Positions 55,917-64,000 of a stretch of 64,000 nt of DNA are shown one piece after another; the first letter of the stretch is position 1, and every line of letters starts with the position of its first letter. The notes below the pieces were generated by a model that saw nothing but the letters and a program-made list of their open reading frames with translations, made no database searches and was not told where the DNA came from. The DNA lies in assembly GCA_010093605.1 (NCBI GenBank), contig MU004196.1:1386606-1450605 (forward strand), written 5' to 3'. Origin of the DNA: Lophium mytilinum (taxonomy: Eukaryota). The position numbers and the translations under genes are program-made.

Positions 55917-57275
55917 ATGGCCCCTACGAGGCGCAGCAAGGCTGCCTCCAAGAAGGCTACATCCAGCAAGAAGGCACCCCCTGGACGCGTCTTGAAGACA
56001 GAACGAGTCACTCGAAGCCAGGCTCGCATACCACAACAAGCCCAGAAGCTTCAACAAGCGCTTCAGCAAGAGCAAGCCCTCCTCCAACAACGAGCGCTTC
56101 TCCTGGAACGGAACCTTCTACAGCAGCAGGGCTTTCAGCAGGATCAAGACTTTCTTCAGCGACAGGGTCTTCAACATCAAGACGCCCTCGATCAACACTC
56201 GGAAGCAAAAGCAGCTAGAACGCCGACGACCTTCTTCAGCCTGCCGCGAGAACTTCGCGACATGGTCTACAACGAAGTCCTGGAAGACGTCCAATTCGTG
56301 AGGCCGTGGGATGCCATTGGTTGCGGTTGGAAGAAGATAACCCCAGCTACTTTACTCATGAACAAGCAAGCGCACGACGAGACTAAGGAAGCCCAGAAGT
56401 GGCGGACCATCAGCTGCGAGTGGGAAATTGAGCGGGAGATCCAGCCTGCTCCTGAGCCTAAAGATGAGGACGCCGATATGGACAGCGATGAGGAGCCGGA
56501 TCACGAGCAGTCACGCCCTCATCGAGGTGGCCTCTGCCTCCCAGGCTACACTGTCATGGACCACCAGCTCACCCCCACCGAGCGCCATGCCCTCACGCAT
56601 CTCGCTAAGATGAACATCGTTGTCGATCCCCGAGGTCCATTTGGAGAGACTCGTTCAAAGCTCTTCACAAGTGTCAAGACATGCGTGGAGGTTTGGACCA
56701 AAGCTTCCGCCGAATATCAGTGGGACGGCCGCAAACGCCAATTCACGCTTGAATTGAACGATTGCCTCGGTTATATCAACAAAACCCGGCGAGTGCAGTT
56801 GTGGGCACAACCCCGCATCAATCGAACCTTTGAAGCGGAGGAGGACCTACAAAAGCTTCGGGGGGTCGTGGAGATCATGAAGACTGATACCCGTACGCAG
56901 TGGAAGATCGTAGTTCCGGAGATCCACCACGATTGGCATCAGTTGTATGAGTGGGATGACTTCGAGGCTGCCAATGCGAGCACCGACAACTTCAAGTTGG
57001 AGGTTATCGAGGAGGGGTGCCATGAATGCGAGCAGGCGGAGGGGCGGAGGGACTGGTTTGCCGAATCTGTGAAGGCACAGGTGCGCCATATGAGAAACCA
57101 GACCCAGCAGGCCGAAGGGGATGGAGACGAATACGAGCAGGATGAGGATGGCAGCGCGAGCGGGGACCATTCCGAGTCCGAGGATGACGATGAGAACCAG
57201 GATGGGGGTAGCGATGCGAGCGAAGATTCGTCCGAGTCCGAGGATGTGGAGTGCACCTGGCTAGCTGGAGTGTAA
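55917..57275 (+). CDS. F-box-like paralogue 6 (~452 aa) with a Q-rich N-region and acidic tail
   Basis: FFSLPRELRDMVY, LLMNKQAHDE, KRQFTLEL, MKTDTRTQWKIVV. Divergent from paralogue 5. Confidence 0.8.
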   Translation: MAPTRRSKAASKKATSSKKAPPGRVLKTERVTRSQARIPQQAQKLQQALQQEQALLQQRALLLERNLLQQQGFQQDQDFLQRQGLQHQDALDQHSEAKAARTPTTFFSLPRELRDMVYNEVLEDVQFVRPWDAIGCGWKKITPATLLMNKQAHDETKEAQKWRTISCEWEIEREIQPAPEPKDEDADMDSDEEPDHEQSRPHRGGLCLPGYTVMDHQLTPTERHALTHLAKMNIVVDPRGPFGETRSKLFTSVKTCVEVWTKASAEYQWDGRKRQFTLELNDCLGYINKTRRVQLWAQPRINRTFEAEEDLQKLRGVVEIMKTDTRTQWKIVVPEIHHDWHQLYEWDDFEAANASTDNFKLEVIEEGCHECEQAEGRRDWFAESVKAQVRHMRNQTQQAEGDGDEYEQDEDGSASGDHSESEDDDENQDGGSDASEDSSESEDVECTWLAGV

Positions 57276-58469
57276 GTTTGAAGGTAGATGGTTATTTTTC
57301 TTGATGTTCGGATACCTGTTTCCGAAAATCGGTACAGCACGATTAGAATCCGTCGCAAGTAGACTAGAAGTTTGTGGTTCCTAATGCCAATGATACGAAA
57401 AGAACTATGCTCTCTGCCGACGTGATGATGTTGTAACTAATCCCACATCACATCGAGTGCGGAAAAGGATTTTCTCGTCACACGTATACCCACCTAGCGT
57501 ACTTGGTCAAAGCTGGTGGACTTTGGATGAAATGCTTCCAGCGACTTGCATTCTAACAATGGCAGTCGCAAAGGCATTGTATAGAGACAGACATTACAGG
57601 TCGATGCAGTAGGCCTGTAGAGGCTCGTGGCACTACCGATGATGCGGGTTCGCAGGAGTGCGCGAGGGTAAGATCCCAAGCCTAGGCATGTCAATCGGGC
57701 GTTGATCGGATGGAGCAGCCGACACCTACGTATGATTATGAAGAAATGCATCTGATCTAATGGTGCAAGTGTTTTTTGGCATTGATTTGCCACTATAATT
57801 TCGAGGAGTAACCCTGGAATATAGGAGGTATAATAGCTTTGTTAAAAGGTGTGGTTGGATTAAAGACCATGCGCTAATGTGGTAAGCGAATCTTAGAGCC
57901 CGTCATCAGCGGAACTAAGTCTTGGGTAAGTTCTCCTCCGATTAGGCACGTTAGTCTTCAGAGCGATTTTCCAAAGGGTAGGTCGCTTCGCGTCTCCCTC
58001 TTCTTCACCGCCAGTTGCACCGAGAGCGGTTGGTTCCGCGTGAGAGGCTGGCGACCTGTATATCGCCATTACGATCACCAGCCACTGAGGCTCTTCCGCG
58101 TCGAAGATATCATCTCCCTACAGACACTAATCGTACTGGCACTTTCGAACCGGAGTTCAGATCAGATTGCTCCCTGACTCAATGGCTACCACCTAGCCGG
58201 GCCATCCCCACAGTAGTGTCAAGTGGGCAGGACTGGAGCCGAGCAGTAATGAATCTGTGTGCCAAGACTTGGGGCCCAGTGATGTACCCATACCACTGCT
58301 GCTGAAAGGATAACCAGGCGCCGTCTCGTGCAAGGCTTGACGGATACTAATATAGCTCACAGGGTGCTTGCTTCTCCTTTGCCACAGCTTGTCGTGGAGC
58401 TTAGCTTGCAGCACGGCGGGGTTTGCTTCACTCAGTTGTTTGAGCCCTTGATATCCAACCAGACCGCCA

Positions 58470-59873
58470 CTAATCGGAGATCCCCAGTTCATTCCACCAT
58501 CTCGAATTAGACAGTGGAGCTGCCGAGCTGTACATCGGAGTCTCAAAAGAAGTAGCTTCTGGCGCATAACACCACTCCCTCTTCCATAGCCAAAAGTTAC
58601 CTAAGACTATACGCGGCTGTGGATGGCCGAATGAGCCCTCGATGCCAAACGGCGTAACCCAACCGTTCCATTCAAAGGGCCCCCCGGAAAAAGACTTGTA
58701 CGGCTCCGTGGATGGAGCGTTATAACGTTTCATCATCCGGAGCACCGCACGTCCGCCTCCAAGGGGAGGGTACCGAGGACTGAAGTGTTGAGAGAGGGTA
58801 CCCAAAAGCTCAAAGCTCCCATAAGTGTCCACTCCGGTGGTACTCCTTAGAACGATGTCTCCGTCGTCTTGTTTGTGTTTTTCGAAATAAATGGCTTGCA
58901 TTGGTACCTCAACTTGATAGTTCTCGATTCGCCAATTGTGATATCCTACCCATTCGCCGGAACACATGAAATCCGAAGTCATTATGGCCTCGGCGTCGAA
59001 CTTGGGGAACGGAACGTTGATCTGGCAATTTTGCAATACTGGAGGTATGCTCTCGAAGAATGACTGGAACGGTATTCTTGATGGCATCGGTAGGTTGGGT
59101 TTGGTCTTCCAATCAGGAGCAAACCGTGCGATCATCGCGAGCATCGAGAACATGGAGATTTCATACGAGTAAGTTTCAAGGAAACTGACTATCGTGAAGT
59201 CGTCCAATCCACCACGGCGTGGATTCCAACTGGTAACATCATGGCTGGCTCGCTCGATGTCTTCCTCGAGGGATAATTTCCGGCCAGGGTCCTCTGCGTC
59301 TAGTGGCGCCAATTGTTCCAACAATGAAGCAATAAAAGCAAATGCGAGATCATCGTATCCTATTTGATATGTCGCGTCAAAGTACAAGACTATGTAGTTC
59401 CAAATCGCACCAGATCTCACGTGGAGTGCCGAAGGGTGGTGGAGGGCGATGAGTTGAGGTAGCCAACGTCGAAACTTCGTGCCTTCGCCGATAATGTGGT
59501 CGGCAGTTATACGGTTGACATCGGGGTCTTCTTGTGGCTTAGTTGGTTCAACGAACCAACCGTGGGCCTTTTCCACCGCGAGGGCAATCTCTTTGGTCTC
59601 AAGTAACGATTTTCCCCGAAGAAACGTGTCGCACTCCCACTTCCTGGTAGTAAGTTCCGAATAAGGCTGTTGGGCCATGCAATGGGAGGTTTTGTAACTA
59701 CCGGGCGAACTCATATGTAGTGTCTGCGCAATATCCCGAAAAACGAGACAGTGGTTGCAGGCAACGTGCAGCGTGAAGTTGACACGGAGCAGATTTAGGA
59801 CTGAAGAGCACGGCAAGAGCCCAGCGATCTGTCGCAGCAACTCCACGGGGAGGGTGTCCAGTGTTCGGCCCAT
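58470..59873 (-). CDS. F-box domain protein (467 aa), a different family from paralogues 1-6
   Basis: LDTLPVELLRQIAGLLPCSSVLNLLRVN F-box. C-terminal GEWVGYH..GVDTYGSFELLG..WNGWVTPFGIEG..GNFWLWKREW. Confidence 0.8.
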   Translation of the reverse strand: MGRTLDTLPVELLRQIAGLLPCSSVLNLLRVNFTLHVACNHCLVFRDIAQTLHMSSPGSYKTSHCMAQQPYSELTTRKWECDTFLRGKSLLETKEIALAVEKAHGWFVEPTKPQEDPDVNRITADHIIGEGTKFRRWLPQLIALHHPSALHVRSGAIWNYIVLYFDATYQIGYDDLAFAFIASLLEQLAPLDAEDPGRKLSLEEDIERASHDVTSWNPRRGGLDDFTIVSFLETYSYEISMFSMLAMIARFAPDWKTKPNLPMPSRIPFQSFFESIPPVLQNCQINVPFPKFDAEAIMTSDFMCSGEWVGYHNWRIENYQVEVPMQAIYFEKHKQDDGDIVLRSTTGVDTYGSFELLGTLSQHFSPRYPPLGGGRAVLRMMKRYNAPSTEPYKSFSGGPFEWNGWVTPFGIEGSFGHPQPRIVLGNFWLWKREWCYAPEATSFETPMYSSAAPLSNSRWWNELGISD

Positions 59874-60725
59874 GATAGTAGTACTGTCTGCAAAGAGTGG
59901 TTTGAGTAGATGTTGAAGGCAGAAGTTGGCAGGCTGATGCCTTGATTAGAGATAGCGGGTTACTTAAGCTGATCAGTAGAAGCACGTGCTCTGTTTGAAC
60001 CTGAAGTCGCAGTACTACGCCAAAAGTCTGGACACACTAATTCGTCTCTACACGGCTCTAGTTCTGCTCAATTGAGACCGGTGGGTAGAGTAACCCAGCT
60101 AGTCAGCAGCTAGTGAGCCAAGGAGCAGTTTAATTTGCACTGCTTGGAGCTTGACATCCCGTTTAGACATTTAAAACTAATGGGGGTACCCTAAGCAGTG
60201 GCGAACCAGCGAACCCAGACCAATGGCCTTTCATTGTAATCTACAAGACCCGGAAGAGAAGGAGGGAGGGACTCTAAGACCGGGGACAAGCAGGGAATCG
60301 AGGAGGATTGTGAGAATGAAGATGCTTTAGATTAGGCCTAGACTGTTATATTATACTAACTGACTTATGCCTCAACCCTAGAACGAAATTTAAGGTATAA
60401 ATGCAACACGAGTCAGTACGGCATCCCTCGGCATTTCAAAGGTCTCTCAAGGGTGATATACCTAGTACCCCACACTGCGGGGTACTTGCCGACCATCTCC
60501 ACCACCGCTTTCGCAACCTCACTTCAGCTCTACGCGTTGACCCGTGGACAAGATGCCGAGGGAATCTCCCAATAGCGTTAGGACTTTTAACGTTGATGTT
60601 CGAGGGGATAGCTGTCGCGGCTGACCTCATCCCGGAGCTTCATATGGACCCCATCCTATCAAACATATGCCTTTATACCACACTACAAACCTCTCTCTCC
60701 AGTCTTTGAGCAACTGGACACCACC

Positions 60726-61530
60726 ATGTCCTACCAAAACCTCACAATCGACCGCCACGCCTCCGTCTTCGTAATCACCCTTCACAAAAAACCCGAAAAC
60801 CGCATCACCGTTGCCTTCGCTCAAGAAATCATCCGCGCCCTCCGCGACATCGAAGCCCGCCTGGGCCCCAATGCTGACGGCTGCGTGATAACCCGCGGCA
60901 GCGACGCGAAGTTCTGGTGTACCGTAACTCCCCCCTTGCCCCTCCCCAATCCCTATACTACACATAATACAACATAATCTCAACCCTCACGCACTCCAGG
61001 GCCTCGACCTCGATGAAGCGGATACGAATCCTCACGCGAACGCGGACGGCTTCTACCCCCTCCTCGCCACCCTCCTCGACTACCCCTTCCCCACCATCGC
61101 CCTGCTGACTGGCCACACCTTCGGCGGCGCCTGCCCCTTCGCCCTCGCCCACGACTACCGCATCATGAACGCGCAACGCGGCTTCCTCTCCATGCCGCCC
61201 GTGAATCTCGGGCTGCATTTCCCCGGCATCGGCGCTTTACCCCGCTTGAAACTGCGCCCGCAAATCGCGCGGAAGATGTTGCTGGAGGCGCATAAGTGGA
61301 CAGGGAAGGAGGCGCTGGCGGATGGGATTGTGGATGAGCTGGCGGAGGGCGGTGTGGAGGGGATGCTGGAGGCTGCGTTGAGGCTGGGGAGGGAGGTGGC
61401 GCCGCGGGCGCGGATGGGGGTTTATGCGGCGTTGAGGGCGGAGTTGTGGGGGGAGGCGGGGGGCAGGTTGAGGGATATTAGTTATGTGCATGGGCGGGCG
61501 GTGGGGACGGTTGCAAAGGCGAAGTTATGA
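60726..61530 (+). CDS. Peroxisomal enoyl-CoA hydratase/isomerase (crotonase) family protein, ~242 aa
   Basis: Exons 60726-60923 and 61000-61530. KFWCTGLDL, PTIALLTGHTFGGACPFALAHDYRIM, GKEALADGIVDEL. C-terminal AKL is a PTS1. Confidence 0.9.
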
Positions 61531-62977
61531 GGGACAAGAGGAGGTGTGAGGGTTAGAAGGAGGGCCTTCGTTTGTATATAGGAAGAAGGTGGGTATGTGA
61601 GGATACTAATGGGCATAAGAAATGGGGATTGGGTGGTGGGGATTCGTCTGCTGTATCGTGCGAGACTCGAACGCGGATAGGTGGTGTTTAGGTTGGTAGA
61701 ACTCAATTCGGTCTTAAGAAGAATGTGATATACTGATGGATCAAGTTTTCCTCCGCAGACCCGACTATACTTTTCCTGTAGACGACCGGCTGCCCATTCA
61801 TCAGATGTCTTCATCTCTTACGCAGAAAGGAGCCAAATCAGGTTCGTAGCCATGTTATTATACTGTGTAGTATACGCCGCAGTGACATCGGTGCTATTCG
61901 TAGGCAGTGTCCGACTAATGACAAGTAAGTTGAGAGGTGATGCGTATATGACAACACTGCAACCAGTTTGATGAGTTCGATTAGACGAGTAGCCAGACTT
62001 TAGGATCCGTTATTGGCCATGATGATCGTCGTTAGAAGGAGCTATTCGGTTACGGATAATTCAGGGTTGATGCGAGCTGGAGGTTGTGTGGTCCTGTGAG
62101 ACCTTATTCAATCATTGCTGTCACGTGAGCTAGCTCTAAACCGCGGCAGAGCATCAACACCATTGCGTAGATGGATCACTGCTGAATACTGATTGATGAG
62201 GCTAGGAGAGACGATACGAGTGGCAAATTAGAACTAAGGACATCTCTCTTCGCTCGTGCTTGTCGGTTAGCTAGCTGGGCCACTCTGAGAGGTTACCGAA
62301 GTCAAGTAACGCATTAAAGTCGAGCCCATCATAGAATATAGATCTATGACAGCTAAATACGGCACTCAATGGGTTTTTGAGGCTTTCAAAGAGCCTTGAC
62401 ACGAAAACTGTCACCGAGCATATGCCACGGAGAGATAGATTCGCATAGTTTATGGGAATGGTCGAGTCGAAATTGACCGCTCGAAGCCGAAAGGCACCGG
62501 GGCCTACATATATGCTCGAACGCTCTTCCACCAGTACAGCAAGAAAGGACGCCGCCTTCTGCACTCCCCGGATTCCCCGGATTCTGGCACTCATCCAATC
62601 AGTTGAGGCGGAAGGGCGTGCTGAGATGTGCGCAGACATGCTCGGACCCTTCCCCAGATCCGCGATCCGGGCGGAACGTCCCTTCTCCATGTGCCTCGCC
62701 CACACCCCTGTCTTCCGTCCTTCTCCACGCGGGGAATCTAGATCGGCGCCATGCTAGCAGCTACAGCCTGAGCCTGAATCAACATACATAAGTACCAAAT
62801 ACCATGATGCGCGCGTCTCGAGTGTTTTCATGTCCTTTTGCTCTCACCGCCTCGTGTTCTTGTCAAGGCTACGTCTTCTATCCACTCACGCGATCATTGT
62901 CGTCCCATTTTCTGGCATGACAGACTAGAGAAACCGTATCAAAAGAGCTAGAGTGTCTGTATAGAGTGGGGTCCGGC

Positions 62978-64000
62978 ATGGAGCAGCGAACGCGCCGCAC
63001 GGTAAAAGCATGCGTCATCTGCCACAAGAAAAAGGTCCGCTGCGACATCGACATCGTCGAGGGCAACTCGTGTACCAATTGCGTGCGCGATGACTACGAA
63101 TGCGTGCCCAGAGAGAGAAAACGGAAACGGTATACCATCAGCACATCCCCACCAGCGACCACATCGCGGACGACGCGTGCGAAACAGGCCGCAGAGGACC
63201 AGCGCATCCACGAAGAGGACGCCCATACGACAAACGGCAATGGCGTCTCCATCCACGAAAATGGCTTTGGAGAAGGGCGTAGCCAGGCCCGAGATGACAT
63301 GCGGCAGGATAGCTACACTACCCCTAGCACCGGCCTCGCATCTGAGCATAACATCGACCCCTCCTTGCACAACTACGGCAGCGGCAACACACCCGTCAAC
63401 GCCAGCTATCTCGGTCGCCTAGAATACATCCGCAATGACGTCCCAGTGAACGATGAAGGCACCGTACCTGACCGAGCTCCACACCGACTCTCAGAAACAG
63501 ACCTCGAGATCATGCGCGTACAGCGCGTCTCCGAACTGCCACCACGAGCAATCCGCGAGTCGCTACTGGATGCTTTTTGGACGCGATGCTACCCCTGGAC
63601 GCCGGTGGTGGAGCGGCATTGGGTCGAAGACCAGCCTTCGAACAATGTTTCACTGTTACTGCTACACGCGATGCTCCTAGCGGGGAGTCGCGTGTCCTCC
63701 GTGTCTCCAGGGTACTCGCCCGAAGACTTCTACAAAAAAGCGAGGGTGTTGTTTTGGATGGGGGCGGAGGAAGATCCGATTGTCACAATCGCGGCGGCGT
63801 GTTTGCTGCACTGGTGGAATCCAGCGGGGCCGGAGAGGGTGTCGCTTGATACGAGTGGGTTTTGGCTGCGCATTGCGGTCGGTTTGGCGTATCAGGTTGG
63901 TCTACACAGAGAACCAGTAAAAAAGGCGGACGCGGGGTTGAGGAGGCGGATTTGGTGGTCTCTGGTGGTAGGTTTTATTTCCATCCTATCAGGAAAATGA
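62978..64000 (+). CDS. Zn(II)2Cys6 transcription factor with fungal-specific TF domain, CTF1/Far-like, truncated by the window end
   Basis: CVICHKKKVRCDIDIVEGNSCTNCVRDDYEC, then LPPRAIRESLLDAFW..PWTPVV and AYQVGLHRE..RRRIWWSLV. A likely intron begins at 63968 (GTAGGT). Confidence 0.9.
   Translation: MEQRTRRTVKACVICHKKKVRCDIDIVEGNSCTNCVRDDYECVPRERKRKRYTISTSPPATTSRTTRAKQAAEDQRIHEEDAHTTNGNGVSIHENGFGEGRSQARDDMRQDSYTTPSTGLASEHNIDPSLHNYGSGNTPVNASYLGRLEYIRNDVPVNDEGTVPDRAPHRLSETDLEIMRVQRVSELPPRAIRESLLDAFWTRCYPWTPVVERHWVEDQPSNNVSLLLLHAMLLAGSRVSSVSPGYSPEDFYKKARVLFWMGAEEDPIVTIAAACLLHWWNPAGPERVSLDTSGFWLRIAVGLAYQVGLHREPVKKADAGLRRRIWWSLVVGFISILSGK

Overview
Eukaryotic, intron-containing genomic DNA from a filamentous ascomycete. 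Evidence: short GT..CTRAY..YAG introns, a Zn2Cys6 factor, a DUF3433-type membrane protein and RIP-like TpA-rich transposon DNA. The left half (1-32 kb) looks accessory. It holds (i) eight highly diverged ~130-195 aa paralogues of an unrecognised family, all split by one phase-0 intron at the same place, (ii) a Pro-rich gene built from tandemly duplicated 39-nt exon+intron units, (iii) several degenerate tandem repeats including a near-strict 107-bp array, and (iv) four dispersed copies of a ~48-nt minus-strand hairpin with an invariant CUUGU loop and compensatory stem changes, three of them downstream of a shared TGACTCAT-containing box. That hairpin family is a candidate undescribed structured-RNA system and is the top finding. 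The right half holds a 1409-aa DUF3433-type gene and six paralogous F-box-like genes (one with a premature stop) that share an upstream GTGAATY motif. It also holds two other F-box genes, a hAT-type MITE with a nested RIP-like insert, a small zinc-finger gene, an epoxide hydrolase, a peroxisomal crotonase-family gene and the 5' part of a Zn2Cys6 transcription factor. All splice models, alignments and foldings were done by eye. No database searches were run.
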